From Octopus bimaculoides (taxonomy: Eukaryota): a stretch of 64,000 nt of DNA. The notes below the pieces were generated by a model. It worked only from the letters and a program-made list of their open reading frames with translations. It was not told the origin of the DNA and did no database searches. The position numbers and the translations under genes were made by a program. Positions 41,842-54,531 of the stretch are shown piece after piece; positions within the stretch are counted from its first letter, which is position 1, and every line of letters begins with the position of its first letter. The stretch spans positions 79,441,598 through 79,505,597 of the forward strand of contig NC_068991.1 of NCBI RefSeq assembly GCF_001194135.2, written 5' to 3'.

Positions 41842-43354
41842 CGCACATATAGATACGTAGGCGCTGTATGTACATACAGAAGGTAAATAGAAAGAAAAAT
41901 ATTCAGTGATATTTCATCATTAATGGTATCTAGTGTATTTTACATTTGAATTCTGAAGACACTTATACATACATACATACATACATACATACATACATAC
42001 AGACATACATAGTTTATGTTAAAAGTGCTTTGGTCGTGTTTAGCCGTAATCCGTACTTTTATGCTCATGTATGCTACTCGATTCTCTCACCTTTTCATTT
42101 TTCTTTGATTCTCAGAATCGTTTTCAATGTCAATTCTAGCGTCGCCCTCGTAATACCTGTTTTAATTCGGCGATAGCAACTCTTCTAATTTGTATCATCC
42201 AAAGTTTTGCTGTTAGAAAACATGCATGTAAAACACAGATTTGCATTCACTGGAAACAGTTAAACACCCACAAATTTGCTTTTTCACGTCCACGAGTTGA
42301 GGTTAAACAGTTCGGATGAAGATAATCTGTTTGAAACTGAACGTAAAAGCAAATGCGTATGATTTTTACAATATATTTATATTAATAGAACTCTGCACAT
42401 TAGTCTATATTGAAGTGAAATGATTCCGGCGTAAATTTGAGTGTTGGTCGTATATTTTGCTGCAAAAGACTTCAATTTTGCACTGCAATACCAATATTTA
42501 TTAGGATATTGTGCAGCATACTAAACAACATATACTGCCAACTAGGATCGCTTTTAACCTATAATTCTATCGCCCTTAGGCCAGGGGGATATGATTCCCA
42601 GCTGGATATTTATTTCTTTTTATGTAAAACAAAACAAATCTACTTCATCTGTTATTTAAGTACATTGACTTCAAACTGAAAAAAATGCTCGTGTAAGGAA
42701 AGAGGATGACATTTTGTTTCCGATAATTTATTCTATAAACACGAGGTATTATTCTTTTGTTGTAAATCAACGGTTATTCCTTTATTAGTTAACGACAGAG
42801 TGTCGCTAAACATTTTATCTTCCTATATACAATAATTTACTTTGAGTGAAACATGAATAATGCGTTACATAAAAAGAAACACAAAATTCCGAGACGAACG
42901 TCTTATCTAATTCTAAGCCAAAAGACAATTACTACCAAAAACACTAAGAAAAGTTTTTAAAATAAGGTTCCATTTCTACTAACATACATGAATTCTGATA
43001 TTTTGATATGCTCCAAATAAACTTCACTACAATACACAAAACATAAGTGTATTATAGTGAAACGTGTCCTATTCTTAGAGTAATTTAAGTCAGTTTTGCG
43101 AAAGATCTAGCTGATAAACCAGCAGGAACTGGAAGCGATATATTTTTCGGGGATTTCTACTTTATTTGGTTATTTCAAATTTTCCAATACAACAATTCCC
43201 TTGATACACAAAAGTATTATCTTCAAAGACATTTTCGTTCTCTTTCTTCTCTTTTAGTCAGGTTTATCAGCGCACACATTTACCTGGTATTTCGTGTTTG
43301 ACATTTTACACGGTCGAGCATATATATAGGTACACGTATACATATGTGTGTGTG

Positions 43355-43410
<56 letters not shown>

Positions 43411-43412
<2 letters not shown>

Positions 43413-43810
43413 CTCTTTTACTTGTTTCAGTCATTTGACTGCGGCCATGCTGGAGCACCGCCTTTAGTCGAGCAAATCGACCCCAGGACTTATTCTTTGG
43501 AAGCCTAGTACTTATTCTATCGATCTCTTTTCCTGAACCGCTAAATTACGGGGACGTAAACACACCAGCATCGGTTGTCAAGCGATGTTGGGGGGACAAA
43601 CACAGACACACAAACACATACATATATATATATATATACATATATACGACGGGCTTCTTTCAGTTTCCGTCTACCAAATCCACTCACAGGGCTTTGGTCG
43701 GCCCGAGGCTATACTAGAAGACACTTGCCCAAGGTGCCACGCAGTGGGACTGAACCCAGAACCATGTGGTTGGTAAGCAAGCTACGTACCTCACAGCCAC
43801 TCCTGCGCCT
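43411..43810 (-). mobile_element. tRNA-headed SINE, family A, full length
   Basis: Minus strand reads AGGCGCAGGAGTGGCTGTG...GGTTCAGTCCCACTGCGTGGCACCTTGGGCAAGTGTC (tRNA head plus CORE-like box), with an internal (TA)/(TG) array and the tail GCAGTCAAATGACTGAAACAAGTAAAAGAGTA. It is embedded in (TA)n. Confidence 0.92.
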
Positions 43811-44099
43811 ATACATATACATTCTTGTACACATATACATATATATATATATATATATGATCACATACATACGATGAACAGGGAAATGCACAGAAAAGTG
43901 TGTATATGAAATACTATATAAAGCAGGAAAAGTTTAAATAACAATGTGTGTGCTTTTGTATGTGTAACTATCTATCTATGTAGCTGTCTATTTATCTCTG
44001 TATGAATCTATATTTATATATTCATTTATCTATCTCCATAGATATGCGCATGGGTATATGTATGTAAGTTGTATGCATTTGCAATGTATATATATATAT

Positions 44100-44147
<48 letters not shown>

Positions 44148-45479
44148 TTAGGGAAAATAACTAATTTTCAAGAACTCATCGATGAAAATCCACTAAAACT
44201 ATATATTTTATATATACTTTATCTATAAGGCTCAATTTAATTTTAATTTTTTATAAATTGATTTTAATTGAGTTTTTTACCTGTAATTTTGGATTTTGTC
44301 CCTAATATTATTATTATATATNNNNNNNNNNNNNNNNNNNNNNNNNNNNNNNNNNNNNNNNNNNNNNNNNNNNNNNNNNNNNNNNNNNNNNNNNNNNNNN
44401 NNNNNNNNNNNNNNNNNNNNNNNNNNNNNNNNNNNNNNNNNNNNNNNNNNNNNNNNNNNNNNNNNNNNNNNNNNNNNNNNNNNNNNNNNNNNNNNNNNNN
44501 NNNNNNNNNNNNNNNNNNNNNNNNNNNNNNNNNNNNNNNNNNNNNNNNNNNNNNNNNNNNNNNNNNNNNNNNNNNNNNNNNNNNNNNNNNNNNNNNNNNN
44601 NNNNNNNNNNNNNNNNNNNNNNNNNNNNNNNNNNNNNNNNNNNNNNNNNNNNNNNNNNNNNNNNNNNNNNNNNNNNNNNNNNNNNNNNNNNNNNNNNNNN
44701 NNNNNNNNNNNNNNNNNNNNNNNNNNNNNNNNNNNNNNNNNNNNNNNNNNNNNNNNNNNNNNNNNNNNNNNNNNNNNNNNNNNNNNNNNNNNNNNNNNNN
44801 NNNNNNNNNNNNNNNNNNNNNNNNNNNNNNNNNNNNNNNNNNNNNNNNNNNNNNNNNNNNNNNNNNNNNNNNNNNNNNNNNNNNNNNNNNNNNNNNNNNN
44901 NNNNNNNNNNNNNNNNNNNNNNNNNNNNNNNNNNNNNNNNNNNNNNNNNNNNNNNNNNNNNNNNNNNNNNNNNTATATATAAAGAGAGAGAGAGAGACAC
45001 ACACACACACATACAATAAGTGTGATACCAAATTATATACGGCATATTGCACATATGTGTGTGTTTGATACATTTGTATGGATGCACACACATGTTAGCA
45101 CACACCTTGCACATTATATATGCATGTGTGTGTGTGTTTACTGCTTCGGTCACATGTTCATAGGAGATTAAGCAAGACTCAATTAAGTTGCGAAAACAAA
45201 TTCTAAGTACTGGCGTTACATCTTAATGTATTTTGCAGGAAACAATATGTTCAGCGAAATACTGTTTTTTCTTTTACTTTCGAAGACATTTTCCACACAC
45301 GTTTGTGGAAGGGTGGAAATTTATACGAGTGGAAATAGTGGAGTTTTAGCTAGTAAGTTTTGCGGGTGCTGATAGTATTTCTTCATTTACTCCCTCTTTA
45401 TCACATGTGGGAACATGAATCGGAATTATATTTAGCGTGGAATCTTCCTGAAATAGTTGTGCTTAGCACCCCCGATTGC

Positions 45480-45700
45480 AGGACTGGATTTTCATTCCCC
45501 ACTTCTTTATTTACGATGAAATATAAGTCATCTATTGGTCTTTCATGTCCTGACTTCCATAGCCTCACAAAACCTTCGTCCATCATCTGCACATGAACGT
45601 CTTTCCAACGCTGTGTTTCGCGGATTATCTGATCTTAACATTAATGCATGACGTTTGATCTTAATATCCTCCATTTCTTTGTTGGGTCATAACTGCTTTT
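45480..45700 (-). mobile_element. RTE-like LINE relic
   Basis: Minus frame DQIIRETQRWKDVHVQMMDEGFVRLWKSGHERP resembles the RTE 'RLRWFGHVQRMD...RPRGRP' region. It is heavily decayed. Confidence 0.4.
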
Positions 45701-46883
45701 CTACAGATGTAGGCTACGTACGCGTACCTGAGATTCTTAACAAACTCTGGTCTAGATCATTGTTCCGATGACCTAGAATTGTCCAACGGACGTATGGAGT
45801 CCTTCGTTTTGCTTTGTATTAGCATTAATATGAGACTAACTCTTTGCGATGCACTTCTCGATGGAGAAGCAACGTATTAATATTTTCAATATTACACTAC
45901 TCTAGGATGCCATCAAGAAGGAAACACAGAATTTGCTTGGAGACATTAACGCAGATTGCATTTCACTGAGCAGGAAAGCTGAACTTAGGAAACAGGAACT
46001 GAAAACCGCAGAAAATAAACGGTGGGACCTTTAGGGAAAGAAGAAAAAGCTAGAGAATCAGAGGAATATGAAGCTGAAAATGGATGACTTGCTTCATTAT
46101 TCAATTCTCTGCAAGGTGATAAAACACAGTCCGGAAAGAGACATTGATCACTTTAATTGATGAAATTGCTGCGTTGCAGATTAGATAAACATGCCTTTAG
46201 GGATCATTGAGAAGAACTACGGTATATAAGTCGGAGGTGACAAAACTCAAGACCAAAGATAGGCTGAAGCTGACGGGCACAAAGTTGGGAGAAGAAATCT
46301 GTCAAACGCTTAACACGAATATTTTTTAACCCCTAAAGTTGCTCGATTATAAGAGTTGAAAAACACACCACTCATTTTTACCAGAGAAATATTAAATATT
46401 TTGAAGCTGGTGAAGAGAGATAAATCCTCACGTTATCTCAATGAAAATGTTAAAGAAGACAGAGAACTACAATCGTTTTCTGTAACAAAATCAATGTAAA
46501 TGAAAGACATACCCTCGTTGCGGAAAGAGTCAAATTACTATCTTGTTTTATATGTGAAATAATATGGAATTTATTGCTTTTTGTCTTATTTCTAAAATCT
46601 TACTTTCCGAACTTTCCAAAACATCGCCACCACCAGCAATCGAAAGACCAAATATTTTCACGCACATCATTTACATCTACTGTCCAAATATTTAGTGAAA
46701 CATATTGCCCCGAGTACCTTTTTTCATAGTTTCTACATATTAATTCAGTGATACATATTTTCCTTTGGCTACGTAAGACATTGTGACACACGCCATGTTT
46801 ATATTGGTAACACACAGACCTTGAGACACATACATATCTGTGTGTGCGTATTATATACATATATATATATATATATATATAAT

Positions 46884-46941
<58 letters not shown>

Positions 46942-46947
46942 ACACAC

Positions 46948-46980
<33 letters not shown>

Positions 46981-47123
46981 GTCTTGTTAAGCAGTATCGA
47001 GTTATACAATTCTGTAAATAATAATAATAGTATTTTTATAAGCGTAAAGCTTATAGCGATCACTGTGCAATGACTAAAGAAAATAGTCTAATAATGGGGC
47101 AAATAAGAAAAAAGTAGGATTTC

Positions 47124-47198
47124 TCGTACGCGTCGGAGACGAACCCCACATCGCTTTGTTTACGCGACAAAGTGTGTTACCGATTACACGAGCGAATT
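47124..47198 (-). pseudogene. tRNA-Thr(CGT)-like cloverleaf relic
   Basis: D arm GTGT-AATCGGTA-ACAC; anticodon arm CTTTGT-CGCGTAA-ACAAAG (CGT centred); T-loop GGTTCGTCTCC; an oligo-T run about 10 nt downstream. U33, A58, the T stem and the acceptor stem are defective. Confidence 0.55.
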
Positions 47199-47495
47199 TT
47201 AATACGATAGCATATATTTAAGCTATCTTTTATTATTACGGTTATTTTGTACCGGCAGCAGCACAGGCTGCAGAGTTGAGAATTTGCTGATGGTGTCTCT
47301 AGTAGCCTCCATCTACATTTTTAGCCAGAAGAATACTTCGAATATTCAACGGAAGAAGTATTATAACCGATTAAGTAAGAAAGAATACATCACATCGCGC
47401 GGACACCGGTGCTTTCAGGAAATAACTGTGCTTTCAGAAATAAGTAGCTGTAAGTGTCTGTTTACATCTAAGCAAAGCGAAGACGGGTATATATA

Positions 47496-47539
<44 letters not shown>

Positions 47540-47586
47540 NNNNNNNNNNNNNNNNNNNNNNNNNNNNNNNNNNNNNNNNNNNNNNN

Positions 47587-47648
<62 letters not shown>

Positions 47649-48618
47649 CGTGTGTGAATTGCAATTTGTCAGAAAGAGTGGAACATTAATTCTATTTGTT
47701 TCTATTTCTAAGGTTACTTCGCTTTCTTAGTATGCATTGGTCAGCATATATAATGGTTATTTTAGCATCGGTGATTAGATAAACGAAAATATACGATGCT
47801 TATATATTCGAACAATGAGACATACAAATAGCGATGGTGCAGTAAATCACTTGAAATGTCAGCGTTATATCCTGTGGGATTTCAGTGTTTAGCAGATATA
47901 GTCAGAAAATACATTCATTTTCTTTTACATTTACCTATTTAACAGCGAGGAAATTTTCTATGTAAATTTTTTCTATGTAAATTTAAACGTTACACTGTTG
48001 TTGGAGAGAAACAATTCAATGGAACATAGCATATAGTAATGATAAATAACGAAGGTGCTTTGAGTTAACCTTTCAGCTGGGGACATCTAAATTTCAGAAT
48101 CTATATCTTGCGCAGATATTATTGCGTTTGTAAGGACGCTAAAATGAAACGTTTCCAAAAGAGTATTGCAAAGAAAATGCCGGATGAAGTTTGTTCAATA
48201 TATAGACCTAAGAATATACATTTTGAAAGTGATGTCATCATATGCGTTCGAATTCTTGAGAGATTATCTTTGAGTTAATTTTTCTGGCCTTCGTTAAATA
48301 AGTTTTGCCTTTTATAGTTACGTTTCACCTTTCTAAAGTGAATAAAGTGAGAATGACTATGGCCGATAAAATATATTCGAAACCTTCATCCTCATCGCAA
48401 AATTTTCGCTTTACGTTCTGCGATAATATACGTACATACATATATAAATATATGTTTTTACTTCAAATTTTTATAAACTTTTACTGATATTTGATAAGAA
48501 GTGATACATCGAAACCGCTAATATTTTCTTTATATAATTGTTTATTAAATTACCTCTTAAATTGAAATATCTTAGACTGAATTCTGTGTCATTTCCACCT
48601 CTATCTTTCATTTGTATA

Positions 48619-48860
48619 AACAGAATGAGATAAAAATCCAAGGCTGTGAAAGACTTCAGAACATTTATAAAGGGAAGGTCATGCAGCTGTTTCCGGGATA
48701 TTTTATATATATCCCTTCATCGGAGACGGTGTGAGAAAATGGGTTTTTTTTAAATCTCATTCTGTTAATTTTTATATATACGCATGCTGATATATGACCT
48801 ACGTTGGACTCCTCATTCGCATAATCACTGAACCTGGAGCTTAACTATAATCTGTCCATA
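48619..48860. mobile_element. PLE-type terminal repeat (copy 2) with inverted 5' segment
   Basis: 48625-48743 is the reverse complement of about 33163-33282, while 48754-48860 is collinear with about 33274-33382. Confidence 0.78.
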
Positions 48861-48939
48861 GCACTTACTCGGCATTACCTGACACATTTGGGTCTTCTTG
48901 ACACCATTATCTCTCATAACCTCAATTTCTCGCTTATAT

Positions 48940-48989
<50 letters not shown>

Positions 48990-49439
48990 GGCAGATTTCC
49001 GCCCCGACATCTCGTCGGTTATTAAGACAATCAAAAAATGCTATGAGAAATGACCGTTAAATAAAGGGAAATTACTATGTAAATGATCGTTATTAAGACA
49101 AACAAAAGAGCTATTACAGTGACCGTTAAATATGTTCATATACAAATCTATATACGCACATGCGCAAGAAAAATGCAGGGTGAGAGGTAATATACAGAAA
49201 AAATATAAAAAATATATAAAGCAATAAAAATATAGAAAAATATATATATAAATATGTAAGACATATTTTTATATATAAATAGAGAGAGATAAAATGCTTG
49301 CACGTGGATACAATATAAAAAGCAGGTTCTATCTTTGATCTTGGGTGGGGGGCCAAAAACGTAACAAATATTTAGCCATATGTGGACATGATCTAAAAAG
49401 GTCAGTCCTTTAATTTAGACATGTAGCAGGGGTGGGGGT

Positions 49440-49712
49440 CTAAGCTCCTTTTCCAAATGAGCCATATCACAAAGACCGCACTTTCCACTGCCGTTGGTGT
49501 TGGGCTTACACTTAGCTAAGATCTTCCAATGGATGTTGCAATTGACATCTTTTTCTTTTAAGGACCATATATGACTGGATCATTTGGCTGTTTTTCTTTC
49601 ATCCCAGTGTCTGAAGCTCAAAGTGTGATTGTTGAACCTGACTTTAAAATACCCCTCTGTGAGACCCACATATTTCTTTGACGAAACTATGTCTTTAGTG
49701 GTTGTAGAATCT
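49440..49712 (-). mobile_element. Penelope-like element GIY-YIG endonuclease relic
   Basis: Minus frame KKYVGLTEGYFKVRFNNHTLSFRH...*SSHIWSLKEKDVNCNIHWKILAKCKPNTNGSGKCGLCD matches YIGxTE..FKxRFNNH..SFR...IW.LK...W.IL...C.LC. It has one in-frame stop. Confidence 0.85.
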
Positions 49713-49926
49713 AGGGGACGTCAAGTAGAAAATAGTTGTTAGAAAGGATAAATTTTAATGTTTCAATTACAGAAAAAGCCTGGCTTACGCGTTCCGGGTG
49801 TTCTTCGGGGTACTTTTCCAGACAGAATTTTTACTACTTCGATTCTATAGTCACGTGGGATAGTGGGATATACTTATCTATAAATATGCTTATGTATAAG
49901 TGTATGCGTAAATGTACTTATATATG

Positions 49927-49981
<55 letters not shown>

Positions 49982-50006
49982 ATCTGTCTGTCTGTCTCTC
50001 TCTCTG

Positions 50007-50091
<85 letters not shown>

Positions 50092-50682
50092 NNNNNNNNN
50101 NNNNNNNNNNNNNNNNNNNNNNNNNNNNNNNNNNNNNNNNNNNNNNNNNNNNNNNNNNNNNNNNNNNNNNNNNNNNNNNNNNNNNNNNNNNNNNNNNNNN
50201 NNNNNNNNNNNNNNNNNNNNNNNNNNNNNNNNNNNNNNNNNNNNNNNNNNNNNNNNNNNNNNNNNNNNNNNNNNNNNNNNNNNNNNNNNNNNNNNNNNNN
50301 NNNNNNNNNNNNNNNNNNNNNNNNNNNNNNNNNNNNNNNNNNNNNNNNNNNNNNNNNNNNNNNNNNNNNNNNNNNNNNNNNNNNNNNNNNNNNNNNNNNN
50401 NNNNNNNNNNNNNNNNNNNNNNNNNNNNNNNNNNNNNNNNNNNNNNNNNNNNNNNNNNNNNNNNNNNNNNNNNNNNNNNNNNNNNNNNNNNNNNNNNNNN
50501 NNNNNNNNNNNNNNNNNNNNNNNNNNNNNNNNNNNNNNNNNNNNNNNNNNNNNNNNNNNNNNNNNNNNNNNNNNNNNNNNNNNNNNNNNNNNNNNNNNNN
50601 NNNNNNNNNNNNNNNNNNNNNNNNNNNNNNNNNNNNNNNNNNNNNNACATACATACATACATACATACACACACACGCACAC

Positions 50683-50719
<37 letters not shown>

Positions 50720-50744
50720 TACATACATACACACACACACACAT

Positions 50745-50795
<51 letters not shown>

Positions 50796-52049
50796 TACAT
50801 ACATACATACACACACACACACGTGTATGTCTCGTGTGTGTTTCGTGCTCGTGAAGTTTGTGATGATATATTTATTAATTAAATATAAAAAAAAACTCTC
50901 GTAAAGATATCCTAAAAAGCAAATGTATTTTACTAAAAGTTTGTGCACGCGTTGTCGATAAGTGTTGGGTTCATAAGTTTATTCTTTGAATCAGTATTGA
51001 AGACTAATTCAATGCGGAAACGAAATATGCCTCTACTAAATGTTTATTATTCACTTCGTGCATCACTTAGACACTGGCGGCCTTTAACGAGGTTATAGTA
51101 ATGTGAGGATGAGGATTGGTTTCCCTTCCAATGATGCACTAAATATAGTAGTTTATGAGATTTAAAACTTGCTAAGCTACTGTTTGTGTCATATGATTGT
51201 AAGAGCTGTTTGGCATCCATTCTTGGGTTTCGCGGTCTTAGAGGGCTTTCTGTTGCATACCTTGCATAGTAAGTATCTCCAGTTCTTAAACAAATTCAGC
51301 AGTATTAATTTTAGGAAGCCCTGGAAACATGTACGATAATAAAATATGACCTTTGTTACTCATCATTTCTAAACTCATCACAGGTTCTTCGTTTCCTCCA
51401 ACTAAGATTTTTCTTCTTAGTCGTTGATTTTCTCGTGAGAGAAGAGCCAAAGCAAGCCATATTCATGATGAGTTTTTAAACCCGGCAGATCAAATAGTTT
51501 GGATGAATTGCTTGTCCTTCGAATGTTTAAATATTTAATAAAGTCGGAACATTCTTGTTACAGGCTTTTCATTCTATCTGAAATCTATGTACAAAATAAA
51601 CTACATATTCAAGATGAAATCCAACTTCACTTGCGTCACCCAAAACCTCATTTACGTAATCAGATACTCGGGCTGCCATAGAAATTATATTGTTTCAAGC
51701 CAGAATAAAGCAGAGAACAGAAAAAACAAAGAAAAAAAAAATTAAAATTACAGATTTACCTCCCCTTTACTGCAAAATAAATGAGTGAACAATTATCTCA
51801 ACTAGCAATATTTTTCTCGCTAGCAATTTATCTCTTTGAACTCTCAGTCTTATAAGCAATGCAAAATCGGTCCTTACTTCAATTATGCTGAAAGAACAAA
51901 ACCTTATTTTGTTTATACAATTGTATAATATCTTTATCATAATGGATCTAATATACTCTTAAATCCTGTAAAACAACTCCTCTGTGTTTTTTCATCTTAT
52001 CTCTTTCTCTGTTAATATCCAACACGTGTGCTTCCCCAATAAAATATTT

Positions 52050-52345
52050 TCTAGCAGTAAGAGCGAGGCTTCACAATCATGAGGTAGTGAATTCGATTCT
52101 CAGACCGAGCTGTGTATTGTCTACTTGGATAAGACACTTTATTTCACATTGACATAGTACACACAGCTGTATAAATGAGTTGAGACGTCACCGGTGCCAA
52201 GGTGTATCGGCCTTTTCCTTTAAGTTGGATAACGTCTGTGGCGTGGAGACGAGACGCCGTTATGCATAGCTGACTGCCTGTCCTCCATAAGCAACCTTGC
52301 CCGGACATTCTAGGTACAATCCCATGATCATTCATGACAGAAGTG
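52050..52345 (+). mobile_element. tRNA/CORE-like SINE, family C
   Basis: Degenerate tRNA head (GCAGTAAGAGCG...GAATTCGATTCTCAG), CORE-like TTGGATAAGACACTTTATTTCACATTG...CAGCTGTATAAATGAGT, ending in (TA)n at a gap. Confidence 0.6.
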
Positions 52346-52917
52346 GGTCTTTACCATATATATATATATATATATANNNNNNNNNNNNNNNNNNNNNNNN
52401 NNNNNNNNNNNNNNNNNNNNNNNNNNNNNNNNNNNNNNNNNNNNNNNNNNNNNNNNNNNNNNNNNNNNNNNNNNNNNNNNNNNNNNNNNNNNNNNNNNNN
52501 NNNNNNNNNNNNNNNNNNNNNNNNNNNNNNNNNNNNNNNNNNNNNNNNNNNNNNNNNNNNNNNNNNNNNNNNNNNNNNNNNNNNNNNNNNNNNNNNNNNN
52601 NNNNNNNNNNNNNNNNNNNNNNNNNNNNNNNNNNNNNNNNNNNNNNNNNNNNNNNNNNNNNNNNNNNNNNNNNNNNNNNNNNNNNNNNNNNNNNNNNNNN
52701 NNNNNNNNNNNNNNNNNNNNNNNNNNNNNNNNNNNNNNNNNNNNNNNNNNNNNNNNNNNNNNNNNNNNNNNNNNNNNNNNNNNNNNNNNNNNNNNNNNNN
52801 NNNNNNNNNNNNNNNNNNNNNNNNNNNNNNNNNNNNNNNNNNNNNNNNNNNNNNNNNNNNNNNNNNNNNNNNNNNNNNNNNNNNNNNNNNNNNNNNNNNN
52901 NNNNNNNNNNNNCTGTA

Positions 52918-52966
<49 letters not shown>

Positions 52967-52969
<3 letters not shown>

Positions 52970-53164
52970 ATGTTTGTGTGTCCCCCCAACATCGCTTGAC
53001 AACCGATGCTAGTGTGTTTACGTCCCCGTAACTAGCGGTTCGGCAAAAGAAACCGATAGAATAAGTACCGAGCTTACAAAGAATAAGTCCTGGGGTCGAT
53101 TTGTTCGACTAAAGGCGGTGCTCTAGCTTGGCTGCTGTCAAATGAGTGAAACAAGTAAAAGAGT
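52967..53164 (+). mobile_element. SINE family A, 3' half
   Basis: TCCCCCCAACATCGCTTGACAACCGATGCT...GTCCTGGGGTCGATTTGTTCGACTAAAGGCGGTGCTC...GAAACAAGTAAAAGAGT is the reverse complement of 43411-43610. The 5' half is presumably in the gap. Confidence 0.85.
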
Positions 53165-54193
53165 GTCCCGTTACTTTCCATACGTTTAAATAACCCTCTG
53201 AATGTTATACAGTCAACAGATATATAGAGTCAACTGTACATCCATACAGTTGACTATTAATATTTATCTACTGAACATTCAAACCGGCAACGATTTAGTA
53301 ATTTTTCCAATCAATATTTACTGTTCCGTGTAATTAGTCTCTTCTTAAATATTGTCTATGATTGACTCAATGTGACGCCATCAGTCTCCTGAAATCAAGC
53401 AAAACTAATTGTCACCTGCCATTCTGCTACGGACTCCCCACTCACATTCATGTTGATCAAGTTGTTTCACTTCATATCAAAATTTTCTTTTGTATTTATC
53501 AGTCTGCTACGCCTCGCGCGATTGTTTGAATGATATAACATTTGTACCGGTTCACTGGATAATTATATAGTTTGTCTTGAGGCAAATTTTCACTGCAAAT
53601 GTGTCAGTCTTTGACATCTCTCTTATTATCGTCGCTGTGATGTGTTAATGAGATGTTTTTAGATGACACTGTGATGTCAATTATATCTCTGTAAATTCAA
53701 TTTAGCAATTGATGTCAGGTATATTAATCAACTTTCAAAGTGGTCGTTACATAGTATTGTAATACAAATGCACAGAAAATTACTACAAATATTCTTAAAG
53801 ACAAAGAAATTTATACCAATTCTGGAATATTACGCATTATATAGGAGCTAACCTGGCTAGTACATTTCTGTCACCATAGGTAATATCAGGAAATAATGCA
53901 TACATAGAATAATTGTAAATTAACTTTTTATCAAATTTTGTGATGTTTACGCAAAATGATGAATGCTAATTTTCAAACGAAAATTATTTATTACTTTCAA
54001 ATGAATTTAAATAAAACAAGTTTCTCATTAGTATAACACTTCCGGTAACCATTTGTCAATCACTCCACTTCCTTCTCGTCCTCATCTTCTCTATGATTCT
54101 TTTCTTGTATTATATCGTGTCTCATCCTTAACTTAACTCCCTCTCAATTTAACTTTACTCGATGGCTCTCTTTCTCTGTTCAGCCTCTTATAC

Positions 54194-54531
54194 CATAGGT
54201 TCTCAAAGTGGGCGCTGCAGCCTCCCGTGGGTGTTGAAACCGTCCAGGTGGGCGCCGGTGCCTAAGGTGGTGGTGGCAGGATCGGTAGAGAAAAAGGAGG
54301 CGTTGGGAAGAAGAGAGTGAATTGTGACACGTTGTGAATTTATTATATTAATATAATATTGTATACAAATTATATAATTTTATATCAAACCATTTGATAA
54401 AATGATTCATAGCATATATAAATTAGGAAAATATAGAATATTTATTTATACATAAAAATAGGGGTGGGGCGCTGAGGGTATTATATGGCCATGAGTGGGG
54501 GGTGATGGCCCAATTAGTTTGAGAACCTCTG
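54194..54531. mobile_element. hAT-superfamily MITE (338 bp)
   Basis: TIRs CATAGGTTCTCAAA / TTTGAGAACCTCTG (13/14 complementary; CAG-GGTTCTCAAA Charlie-like end). The flanking 8-bp TSD is TCTTATAC / CCTTATAC (7/8). Confidence 0.87.
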
